From Candidatus Moraniibacteriota bacterium (lineage in GTDB: Bacteria > Patescibacteriota > Minisyncoccia > Moranbacterales > UBA2206): a DNA stretch of 64,000 nt. This document shows, piece after piece, positions 43,658-52,147 of this stretch (positions are counted from its first letter, which is position 1; every line of letters begins with the position of its first letter). The notes under the pieces are model-generated. The model was not told the DNA's origin and searched no databases. It saw only the letters and a list, made by a program, of their open reading frames with translations. Made by a program: the position numbers and the translations under genes. Where the stretch lies: contig JAPLXG010000012.1 of the NCBI GenBank assembly GCA_026396175.1, positions 19,360 to 83,359 of the forward strand, given 5' to 3'.

Positions 43658-44848
43658 CTAATGACCTTTGTTACCTATGACTTCTATTACACCATAAAAC
43701 CTCCTCACAAACTTATCCCAAGAAAAAAGCTTGGCACGTTCTCGGCCTCTTTGGGAGAGCGTATCGCGCAAGTGTTTGTCAGTCAGCACTTTTTTCATCA
43801 CGAGCGAAATTTCCCTCGTGTCATCAGCGTGACAATAAAGTATACTATCCAGCCCCACTTCTGGCAAGGATGAGCTTTTGGACGCGATAGCTGGCGTTCC
43901 CTGGCTCATTGCTTCAAGAATTTGCATTCCGAAGCCTTCATAGTGCGAAGGATAGACAAAGAGTGCGGCGTTTTTAAACAGAGCGGGCAAGTGCTCTTGG
44001 GGCACCGCTCCCAAAAATTTTACTTGCTTTGTCAGATTTAATTCTTTGACTAACTTTTCCGCATCAATTGCCAGAGATAGATTGGGCAGAGGCTTCCCAT
44101 ATATCACCAACTTTGGCAGTTCAGTAATGAAAGGTAGATTTTTATTTTTATCCAAAAGCAATTTGTAGGCCTGAATCACTCCGCTGATATTTTTGCGAAT
44201 CTCCATTCCCCCGCCGGCAAAAATATAGCCGGGATTTAATTTATATTTTTTCAAAACCTTCTTACTCGTTTCGGCTGAAGCCAGTTTTCCATAGACATCA
44301 TCAATACTAATATAGTTAGTAGAAATTCTGTCAGCTGGAATCTGCAAATGTTGAATCAAATCTTTTTCTGTTCTTTTGGAGACAGTAAGAATCTTATCTG
44401 CCTTGGCAATCGCTTTTTCCGTTAGTTTTTGATAATGCTTTCTTCGCGCATTATCGAGATATTCGGGGAAAAGGCTTGGAATTATATCGTGCACGAGCAT
44501 TAGGTGCTTTGCTCTACCGCTTAGCGTAGTCGGGCATTGATAGAGACTAAAAAAAACATCACAACTATCTTTCTTGACGTGTCGCGGCAAGAGATATTTT
44601 TCCCACCAAATTTTTCGAATTAAATCATCCCGCCGGTAAAGGGGCAAAAGAGTTCTTTTTTGGAAGTTTTTTGGCAAAACAAAATCTTTTGGCAGATCTT
44701 CTTCCAAGTATAAAATATATTCTGACTCATTTTTTTGCTTTGCGCTTTTCAGCTCCTTGGCGATTAGTTTTTTAAGAAAACTAGTCGTCACTTGTCCGAT
44801 GCCCGTTTGGGGCTTACGACAAAAGGAGGCGTTGATTCCTATCCTCAT
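43658..44848 (-). CDS. Glycosyltransferase family 4 (GT-B)
   Basis: VYPSHYEGFGMQILEAMSQGTPAIAS. Confidence 0.8.
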   Translation of the reverse strand: MRIGINASFCRKPQTGIGQVTTSFLKKLIAKELKSAKQKNESEYILYLEEDLPKDFVLPKNFQKRTLLPLYRRDDLIRKIWWEKYLLPRHVKKDSCDVFFSLYQCPTTLSGRAKHLMLVHDIIPSLFPEYLDNARRKHYQKLTEKAIAKADKILTVSKRTEKDLIQHLQIPADRISTNYISIDDVYGKLASAETSKKVLKKYKLNPGYIFAGGGMEIRKNISGVIQAYKLLLDKNKNLPFITELPKLVIYGKPLPNLSLAIDAEKLVKELNLTKQVKFLGAVPQEHLPALFKNAALFVYPSHYEGFGMQILEAMSQGTPAIASKSSSLPEVGLDSILYCHADDTREISLVMKKVLTDKHLRDTLSQRGRERAKLFSWDKFVRRFYGVIEVIGNKGH

Positions 44849-45021
44849 GGAGTTCTCTACGAATTACGAATTTGTACGAATATACGAATGTACAAATTCA
44901 AAAACGAATTAACAATTTATTAATGTAATTATAGCATACTATTTCAAGGTTGCAGAAGAAAATCAAAAGCTTTACGAAAAATCAAATTTAGACTATACTG
45001 AGATTAGTTTAATTAGCCTAA

Positions 45022-45070
45022 ATTATTCGTATGTCCCCCGTTCGTAATGGGGGTTCGCGAAGCAAATAAC
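45022..45070 (+). promoter_or_regulatory. Conserved two-helix leader motif, copy 4 (inner stem CCCCC/GGGGG, loop GTTCGTAAT), ending 1 nt before ATG 45072
   Basis: TTATTCGTATGT-CCCCC-GTTCGTAAT-GGGGG-TTCGCGAAGCAAATAAC. Confidence 0.5.
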
Positions 45071-45071
45071 T

Positions 45072-45302
45072 ATGTTTTCGCTACTAAAGCTCATCATTTG
45101 GATCTGTGGCGTTGCTGTCGTTGGTTATTTTGTGCTTGGCTATTTCGGCTATGAAGTAAACAAAGACTATTTTAATGCCAGCAAAGCCGAGTGTCAAAAG
45201 AAACTAGACGAATGTAAGAGTCAACTCATTCACAACGGCGTCGATGGTGCTAAGTGTGATTTTAACTGCGCCAACCCAAAGCTAATTATCCAGAAAAAAT
45301 AA
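45072..45302 (+). CDS. Small hypothetical protein with N-terminal TM helix and Cys-rich C-terminus
   Basis: 76-aa ORF; KAECQKKLDECK...CDFNCANPK. Confidence 0.45.
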   Translation: MFSLLKLIIWICGVAVVGYFVLGYFGYEVNKDYFNASKAECQKKLDECKSQLIHNGVDGAKCDFNCANPKLIIQKK

Positions 45303-45360
45303 TCAATAACTTACTACTAAAATTACGGAACTATTTCATTTGTGTATTCCGCACTTGGAA

Positions 45361-45394
45361 TAATTCGCCTGCCTGCCGGCAGGCAGGTAATTCG
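45361..45394. mobile_element. 20-nt perfect palindrome CCTGCCTGCCGGCAGGCAGG (45368-45387) flanked by a perfect 7-bp direct repeat TAATTCG (target-site duplication)
   Basis: TAATTCG|CCTGCCTGCCGGCAGGCAGG|TAATTCG read directly. Confidence 0.7.
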
Positions 45395-45405
45395 TAGAGA
45401 AACAC

Positions 45406-46389
45406 ATGAAACTGATTGTCAACATTCCCGCTTACAACGAAGAAGCGAAAATTGGAGAAACAATTGAACGTATCAAAAAAAGCTTTTCAGCCGATTTTTA
45501 TACACAGGGCGAAGGATCGAAGATTTCTGAGAAATTGATTCAGATGGTGGATGACGGATCAAGCGATAATACGGTCGAAGTTGCCCAGAAAGCCGGACTA
45601 GACCTGCTCGTCTCCTATAAACCCAATCGCCGCCTGGCTTATTCTTTCAAGCGGGCCGTAGAAAATGCGCTGGAAAATGGTGCGGATATTATGGTCAATA
45701 TTGATGCGGATGGCCAATTTAACCCGCTGGATATTCCTAAATTAATTACTCCGATCCTCGCTGGCCAATGTGATATGGTGATTGCTAATCGCTTCGGCAA
45801 GCATGAAGCCAAGGATATGCCAAAAATCAAATACCACCTTAACCGTTTTGCCGCCAAAATGATTGGCTTTTTTCTCAACTACCCCATTGATGATTTGACT
45901 TGCGGATTTCGCGCACATAACCGCGAAACACTCCTGCGCCTCAATATTACTAATGTCAGCTTCACCTACACCCAAGAAACAATCATTGATGCAATTGGAA
46001 AAAATTTGAAACTAAAATGGGTGCCGGTTAATGTTCAGTATTTCGCTGATCGCGAAAGCCGAATTGTGAAATCAGTTTGGAAATTCGTAGGAAACTCAGC
46101 TAAAATAATCCTAAAAGCAGTGCGTGATGTCCGTCCAATGAAATTTTTTGGCGTTCCCGGGCTCACCCTGGTCACTGCATCTCTTTTGGTTTTTTGTGCT
46201 TTTCTTTTTCAATATTTTCAAACTTTCCAAATCACCACTTACCGCAACTACCTTTTCCTTTCCGCCGCACTGCTCTTTGTTGGCTCGCAACTCCTCATTT
46301 TTGCCCTTATTGCCGATATGATCAAAACTAATCGCAACCTCACTGAAGAGCAAATGTATCTCTTGAAAAAAGACCGGCTTAAAAAATAG
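45406..46389 (+). CDS. Glycosyltransferase family 2 (polyprenol-phosphate sugar transferase-like, C-terminal TM helices)
   Basis: VNIPAYNEE...DDGSSDNT...DADGQ GT-A motifs and C-terminal membrane anchor. Confidence 0.8.
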   Translation: MKLIVNIPAYNEEAKIGETIERIKKSFSADFYTQGEGSKISEKLIQMVDDGSSDNTVEVAQKAGLDLLVSYKPNRRLAYSFKRAVENALENGADIMVNIDADGQFNPLDIPKLITPILAGQCDMVIANRFGKHEAKDMPKIKYHLNRFAAKMIGFFLNYPIDDLTCGFRAHNRETLLRLNITNVSFTYTQETIIDAIGKNLKLKWVPVNVQYFADRESRIVKSVWKFVGNSAKIILKAVRDVRPMKFFGVPGLTLVTASLLVFCAFLFQYFQTFQITTYRNYLFLSAALLFVGSQLLIFALIADMIKTNRNLTEEQMYLLKKDRLKK

Positions 46390-46406
46390 TTTTTCTTGTT
46401 ATTCCC

Positions 46407-46551
46407 GGACTTACGTGTTTGCCAAAAGCAAGCTTTTCTATAGCCAAGATTAGCCTAAGGAAACTCCCATGATTCTAGGGACTAATATGGGCAAAGACAG
46501 GCCCTAAGTAACCACGCGCTTTAAAGATTGTTTTTGGTAAATACGTAAGTC
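46407..46551 (+). mobile_element. MITE-like element copy B (145 bp)
   Basis: GGACTTACGTGTTTGCCAAAAGCAAGCTT ... CTTTAAAGATTGTTTTTGGTAAATACGTAAGTC terminal inverted repeats; between the GT2 and GT4 genes. Confidence 0.6.
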
Positions 46552-46563
46552 GCAAACTAAACT

Positions 46564-47685
46564 ATGCAAACTGCGAAAAAACCACGTATTCTTTTTATCT
46601 CTCGCGCTTATCCGCCAGTAACAGGTGGAATTGAAAATCAAAACTATGAAGTTTCTTTGTGGCTAAGTAAAATTACTGATGTCAAAATAGTTGCCAATAA
46701 AAAAGGGCGTAAATTTCTTCCCCTATTCGCGCCCTACGCACTTTTTTACACTATCTTTAATATTAGAAAATACGATGTCATTTTACTGGGAGATGGAGTT
46801 TTGTCATTTATTAGCTGGTTTACTAAAATATTTTCCTCAAAACCAATACTCGCAGTTATCCATGGGCTAGATGTCAATTATGATTCAGCTTCTCTTGGGG
46901 TGTGGTATGAAAAAATTCTAATTTTTTTATACCAAAAACTCTGGGTAAAACTTTTCCTGCCAAGTCTTGATAAATTCATAGCTGTGGGCAATGAAACAGT
47001 AAAGGTGCTAAGATTAAAAAATATCCCTTCAAAAAAGATAGTTTTTATACCCAATGGTATTGATCAAAATAAATTTTACAAGCTAACTGATCGAACAGAA
47101 TTAGAAAAAATTCTCGACCTCGATCTTTCAGGAAAAAAGATACTGCTAACCTCTGGCAGACTAGCAAGAAGAAAGGGTGTCGCCTGGTTTTGCAGAAATG
47201 TAATGCCAAAATTGCCAGAAAACATCCTCTACATTGTAGCTGGCAATGGACCAGACAAAAATAACATCGCCAACGCCATAGTAGAAAATAACCTTTCTCA
47301 AAGGGTAATTATGCTTGGTTTTGTAACAGATAAAGTGCGCAATAATCTTTTTAATACGTGCGACCTATTTATTCAACCAAATATTAAAATTACAGGCGAC
47401 ATGGAAGGCTTTGGCATGTCAGTAATTGAAGCAGCTTCTTGTCAAATCCCAGTAATTGCTTCAAGTCTCGAAGGATTAAAAGATGCTATCAAAGATGGCA
47501 AGAATGGCTTTCTGGTTGGGACGGAAGATGCGCAAGGGTATATCGAAAAGATAACTTCCCTGCTCGCAAATGATGCCTACCGCAGAGAGTTCGGTAAGGA
47601 GGCCAGGCAATATATTATTGAAAATTATAGTTGGGGAAAAATTTCTCAGCGCTATCTTGAAGAAATTGAGAAAACATTATGCTAG
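46564..47685 (+). CDS. Glycosyltransferase family 4 (GT-B)
   Basis: GDMEGFGMSVIEAASCQIPVIAS. Confidence 0.8.
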   Translation: MQTAKKPRILFISRAYPPVTGGIENQNYEVSLWLSKITDVKIVANKKGRKFLPLFAPYALFYTIFNIRKYDVILLGDGVLSFISWFTKIFSSKPILAVIHGLDVNYDSASLGVWYEKILIFLYQKLWVKLFLPSLDKFIAVGNETVKVLRLKNIPSKKIVFIPNGIDQNKFYKLTDRTELEKILDLDLSGKKILLTSGRLARRKGVAWFCRNVMPKLPENILYIVAGNGPDKNNIANAIVENNLSQRVIMLGFVTDKVRNNLFNTCDLFIQPNIKITGDMEGFGMSVIEAASCQIPVIASSLEGLKDAIKDGKNGFLVGTEDAQGYIEKITSLLANDAYRREFGKEARQYIIENYSWGKISQRYLEEIEKTLC

Positions 47686-49619
47686 AGCTTGTTCAATCGC
47701 AAATTATTTTCTATCTAACGATTGCGCTAGTGCTTTTCGTGCCAGGCTATTTTATGCTTTTGGCTGTTTTTGGCAGAGAAAAATTGAGCGCGCTGGAAAG
47801 ATTTGTCATTTCCGTCGGGGTCAGTATTCTTGTGACAGATTTTTTGATGCTCATTATGTCTCGCGTCGGAATACTTTTCAACAGAGCTTCTCTGATTCTA
47901 ACACTATTAATTTTTAGTGCCGGCTGTTTCGCAATCTACAAAAAAAGATTTAAAAAATCGCCAGAAGCAGTTGAAGCAAAATCGCTGTTTAATTTTTCTT
48001 CCAAGCAATTCTATTTTATCCTGCTTGTTCTTTTTTTGTCAGTTTTTATCCGCAGCGCATACCTACAAAACGCCCTGCCCTCTTCCGGCACTGATTTTGG
48101 CCACCATATGTATTGGTCCAAGTTGTTCGCGCAAAATGGAAGAATTCAAGACTATACTCAGCGCGATATTGTGGAAAAAAATGAAGTTTTTCAGATTGAT
48201 GCAGAGCGTCCAATCAGCGATTTCATCATCGGTGAACATTTGATTTTTTCCGCCATTAACTTAATTTCCGGATTAGATTTTATTTCTGTCTTCCCTGTTT
48301 CTGCCTTGTTGCTCATCAATATTTTCAGTCTGCTCGCGCTTTTCATTCTCTCACTGCGCCTATTTGAAAACCATCCGCAAAACAAAAATATTGCCATCTT
48401 TGCGCTGCTTCTCTTGGGTGCGCTTTTTGCCATTGATCCCCCGCAAGCAAAATTTGTTGGCGGCGGAGTTGTCGGCAATATCATCGGAAATTTACTCTTA
48501 CCTTTGGCTTTTTATTTCTACATTCGTTATCTGCGAGAAAAAACAACAACTTTTTTATTTTTTGCCCTATTTTTCTCAATGGGACTTTTCTACACTCACC
48601 ATCTAACTGCGTTTATTTTCCTCCTCGCCTTTGCCATTTTTGTTTTGCTTTCTTTGATGTTAAATTTTAAAGAAACAAAGAATTTTATCTTCAGTGAAAA
48701 AAAGATTTTAATCTCTCCATTGCTTCTCTCCTTCTATCTTTTTGCTATCATCCTTATGCTTGGCGTCTATATGCCATCCTATCTGCGAAACAGCGCAGTG
48801 AACACAGTAGTGGGAACGATCAAAAAAATCGAGCATACCGGTCTAACGCTCCTTCAATTTCGCGACATTCTTGGTGAGGCGCGCATCGCCTTGGGCATCT
48901 TGGGTATCTTTTTGCTGTTTGCATATTACCGAAAAAATACTTTCAAATATTCTGCGCTGTTGGTCGCGAGCTGGGTCATCATCATTTCTCTCATCTCGCT
49001 CGTGCCAAATTTAATCAAAATTGACATCCCCTCCAGCCGGGTGGCTAATTATGGAGCCTATCCCTTTGCCCTCTTGGGTGCTTTCGCATTTGTTTCCGTT
49101 TTTTGGCAAAACAAAACTGCTAGCATCCAACTATCCTCCACCAGTCGCAAATTGATTCTTGGCACATACCTTATGGCTTTAGTCTTTATTTTCTTGGACG
49201 GATATGCGGGTAATGTAGACTTTCTGAAAGTTAACAGCACCGCTCAAAAAACCCAAGAAACGCTTGGGGCAAGCGGTTACCTCTCAACCAGATTAGACGC
49301 GAAAGACTTATTGATTTCTGATCATCTCTATCTCGCGGCCGATTCCTGGATAAAATTATTTTTTATGCGGGGATATAATTTTCCAGTTTACCGGGCTAAT
49401 CTTGACCGCTATGAAAACGGCATCGATAAAAATGAGTTCTGTTCTCGTGATATGCTTTCCAATCCTGGCGGAGAATTAGGTCTGAAATGTTATTCCGATT
49501 TGGGTGCTAATTTTGTTATGGTAGACAAGGAGATGGATAGCGGACAATTTCAAAAATTGGACAATTTTTGGCAAATTTATTCTAATGATAAAATCAATGC
49601 ATACTACCGAGAAAAATAA
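47679..49619 (+). CDS. Large polytopic membrane protein (possible GT-C-type glycosyltransferase or polymerase)
   Basis: 646 aa with more than 12 TM helices plus a C-terminal soluble domain; in the glycosylation locus. Confidence 0.45.
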   Translation: MLELVQSQIIFYLTIALVLFVPGYFMLLAVFGREKLSALERFVISVGVSILVTDFLMLIMSRVGILFNRASLILTLLIFSAGCFAIYKKRFKKSPEAVEAKSLFNFSSKQFYFILLVLFLSVFIRSAYLQNALPSSGTDFGHHMYWSKLFAQNGRIQDYTQRDIVEKNEVFQIDAERPISDFIIGEHLIFSAINLISGLDFISVFPVSALLLINIFSLLALFILSLRLFENHPQNKNIAIFALLLLGALFAIDPPQAKFVGGGVVGNIIGNLLLPLAFYFYIRYLREKTTTFLFFALFFSMGLFYTHHLTAFIFLLAFAIFVLLSLMLNFKETKNFIFSEKKILISPLLLSFYLFAIILMLGVYMPSYLRNSAVNTVVGTIKKIEHTGLTLLQFRDILGEARIALGILGIFLLFAYYRKNTFKYSALLVASWVIIISLISLVPNLIKIDIPSSRVANYGAYPFALLGAFAFVSVFWQNKTASIQLSSTSRKLILGTYLMALVFIFLDGYAGNVDFLKVNSTAQKTQETLGASGYLSTRLDAKDLLISDHLYLAADSWIKLFFMRGYNFPVYRANLDRYENGIDKNEFCSRDMLSNPGGELGLKCYSDLGANFVMVDKEMDSGQFQKLDNFWQIYSNDKINAYYREK

Positions 49620-49992
49620 TCTTTCTGGTGAAAAAAAGATAATCTATGTGGTTAGCGCGTTGCTTCTGCTTAGTTTTATTTTTCTCGGCTTTAGCGAAAA
49701 AAAACAAACCGATCCAGCTGGCAAAACTGGTTGGTGGGCGGTTTATTTTGAAAATCCCAAATCACCTAATTTAACTTTCACGATTGAAAATAATGGAAAG
49801 ACAAAAAAATTTCACTGGAAAGAAATAGCAGAAGATAACACGATAGTAGAAGGGGCGGACATCTCGGTCCCTACTGGACAAAAAAACACCATTCCCCTCG
49901 TGGATGCTACCGTTCCAAAAGGAGCAAAAATAATCATCGAGGTTTCCGACGAAGCTGGCGGAAAAAAAGAAATTTATAAAACACTTAACTAA
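49585..49992 (+). CDS. Hypothetical secreted/membrane-anchored protein
   Basis: ORF with a single N-terminal TM helix; overlaps the upstream gene's end, so the true start may be downstream. Confidence 0.4.
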   Translation: MIKSMHTTEKNNLSGEKKIIYVVSALLLLSFIFLGFSEKKQTDPAGKTGWWAVYFENPKSPNLTFTIENNGKTKKFHWKEIAEDNTIVEGADISVPTGQKNTIPLVDATVPKGAKIIIEVSDEAGGKKEIYKTLN

Positions 49993-50025
49993 TTTCCCTC
50001 TCTTGAACTTCATGACTTCTAAACT

Positions 50026-50056
50026 AAATCCCTGAGTACATACTCAGGGATTTTTA
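50026..50056 (+). terminator. Rho-independent terminator
   Basis: AAATCCCTGAGTA-CA-TACTCAGGGATTT + TTTAT. Confidence 0.65.
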
Positions 50057-50061
50057 TATTT

Positions 50062-50279
50062 GGGACTTACGCATTTAAATTAATTTGTCATCCTGAGCAA
50101 ATCCGCCAACTGGCGGAGAAGTCGAAGGATCTATTTTCCATTATCGTAAGCCCTGCTATTAAGTAGAAAACTCTGGGTTACGGTTAGCAGATCCTTCGAC
50201 TGCGTCCTGAGTACAGGACTTCGCTCAGGATGACAGGGCTTGGTTGTTTTTGAGCAAACGCATAAGGTCATAGCATAGC
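50062..50279. repeat. Highly structured 218-bp intergenic element with nested 12-bp inverted repeats; termini resemble the MITE family (diverged variant)
   Basis: GTCATCCTGAGC/GCTCAGGATGAC and GTCGAAGGATCT/AGATCCTTCGAC inverted repeats, central GTCCTGAGTACAGGAC hairpin; ends GGACTTACGCATTT ... AAACGCATAAGGTC. Confidence 0.4.
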
Positions 50280-50298
50280 AACATCAGATACGACTAAG

Positions 50299-52134
50299 CT
50301 AATCTTTTTCCGCCCGATAGATACGAATAAAGTTGTCCGGTCGGTCATCGATATTGAGTTCCCAGACTGGCTTTCCTGCCAAATCTTCCTTTAGCCTGTT
50401 CCAAGTCTTAGTATTTGTCATCTCTCCCCTGCGCGTCATCACATAGTAATCAATCGTATTCTCTTCCGATTTCCCCATATAGTTGGTATATCCGGAAGCT
50501 TGAACGCAAATTCCATTGAAAAAGGAGCACACACCCCAATAATCCGACCAGACTTTTAAATTTTTGGAATTAGGCAAAGCATTTAGAAATTGGGCTGCTT
50601 CATAACCGCCATAGCCCCAAGCCCCGGTAACGATTGAATCTTTTGGCAGGAGATCGTTAGCATAATTGAAATAATACGGCTTAATCAGCCAAAGACTGAT
50701 GCTACTAATGCCGATCACCAAAAGTAGCAATATGAATTTGTGAAAACTTTTCATTTTTCCCAAAATAAATTCGTCAATAGAAAGAGCTGCCAGAAGCATC
50801 AATAGCGGATAAAGCATCACGCTATAGCGAATATTAACCAAGAGATCTTGCTTCAAGACAGCGGCATAAAAAACAATCACGAAAGAAGATAAAACGAAAA
50901 CCAGGAGCGGATATTTCAGTTTTCCAAATACGCCCTTGATCCACAGAGCGATTAGGGCTACTAACACCAAGGGAGTAAGAGAAAAAACTAAAGGATAAAT
51001 TTCCAAAAATAGCTTGTCAAAAAAATCTTGGCGGCGAAAAGAATAGTCATGTCCTGCGTCAAAATTGAGGCCCTTGATGCCTAGAAAATTATCGCCGATT
51101 GACCAATTGGCAAGAACTAAGCAAAACATAATAGCAACGAGCACCAGCACTATTTTCATTATATGCGGAAAAATCTTTTCAATCCTTTTTGCCAGATAAA
51201 AAGTGTGCTTGGACATGAGATAGCGGGCATCAAAAAAAATCAAAAAATCAAGCGCTATTATTGACCAAAAAATCGGTGCCATCCCTTTGAAACCAATCGT
51301 TCCGTAATAAAAATAGCTGGGACTGAGAATAACTGCTGGCATCAGCAGGGCAAAAACCGCAAACGCTCCCAGTAGAATCAAAAGATATGCGAGCGCATTC
51401 CTTTTGGCCTTTTGGGCAAACTCAAACTGTTGCTTTTCTTGCAATAAATAGACTAACATTACTACAAAGAAAAAAGGAATAAAAATAACCGCCGAATATT
51501 TGCTCAGTAGTGCGAAACCCAAGAGTAATGAGCATAAAATAACGTCAGACCTTTTTCGATATTTGAGATAATTTAAAAAAGAAACAAGGGAAGAAAAAGA
51601 AAAAATCCACAAAAGCGAATCGGGATTGATGATCTGAGAAACACCGATAATAATTGGGTTAAGTAAAATTAAAATTACTGCCGTCATCGCCAGCCACTTA
51701 TTTTCCGTTAGGCGCTTGATGGCCCAAAAAAGAAAGAGCGCAAAAAGGCCATTGAAAATTAAAAGCGGTGCCCGGAAGGCAAAATTTATTTTTTCTGTTT
51801 CCGCGGAAGAAAAAGCGCTTTCATAGTTGCCTGGCGTGGTAACTCGCTTTTGCAAACCGTCTTCAAAAAAAATTCCAATTCCACTGATATAGGCCAGCAT
51901 CACCCCCGGCTTGTCGTTGATGCGCGTTCGAGACCAATCTTTTTTAGCAATCGCATCCCAGTAATCATGAATTCTGCCGGCCGTGGCATCATAGATCCAA
52001 TAATGCTCATCGGCGGTTTCGAATTTTGCGATGTGATGAAAACCAAAGGAAAAATAAAGACTAAGCGAAACAATAAATAGCGCGATAATCGCTCCGGATT
52101 TTTTGATTTTTTCCGCTGAGATATTTTTTAACAT
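50299..52134 (-). CDS. GT-C fold membrane glycosyltransferase (ArnT/PMT-like), paralog 1
   Basis: Multi-TM N-terminal half with an (A/Y)DExYW motif (ADEHYW; DEHYW in paralog 2) region and a C-terminal soluble domain (WGYGGYEAAQFLN). Confidence 0.6.
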   Translation of the reverse strand: MLKNISAEKIKKSGAIIALFIVSLSLYFSFGFHHIAKFETADEHYWIYDATAGRIHDYWDAIAKKDWSRTRINDKPGVMLAYISGIGIFFEDGLQKRVTTPGNYESAFSSAETEKINFAFRAPLLIFNGLFALFLFWAIKRLTENKWLAMTAVILILLNPIIIGVSQIINPDSLLWIFSFSSLVSFLNYLKYRKRSDVILCSLLLGFALLSKYSAVIFIPFFFVVMLVYLLQEKQQFEFAQKAKRNALAYLLILLGAFAVFALLMPAVILSPSYFYYGTIGFKGMAPIFWSIIALDFLIFFDARYLMSKHTFYLAKRIEKIFPHIMKIVLVLVAIMFCLVLANWSIGDNFLGIKGLNFDAGHDYSFRRQDFFDKLFLEIYPLVFSLTPLVLVALIALWIKGVFGKLKYPLLVFVLSSFVIVFYAAVLKQDLLVNIRYSVMLYPLLMLLAALSIDEFILGKMKSFHKFILLLLVIGISSISLWLIKPYYFNYANDLLPKDSIVTGAWGYGGYEAAQFLNALPNSKNLKVWSDYWGVCSFFNGICVQASGYTNYMGKSEENTIDYYVMTRRGEMTNTKTWNRLKEDLAGKPVWELNIDDRPDNFIRIYRAEKD

Positions 52135-52147
52135 ATAAATATAAAAC

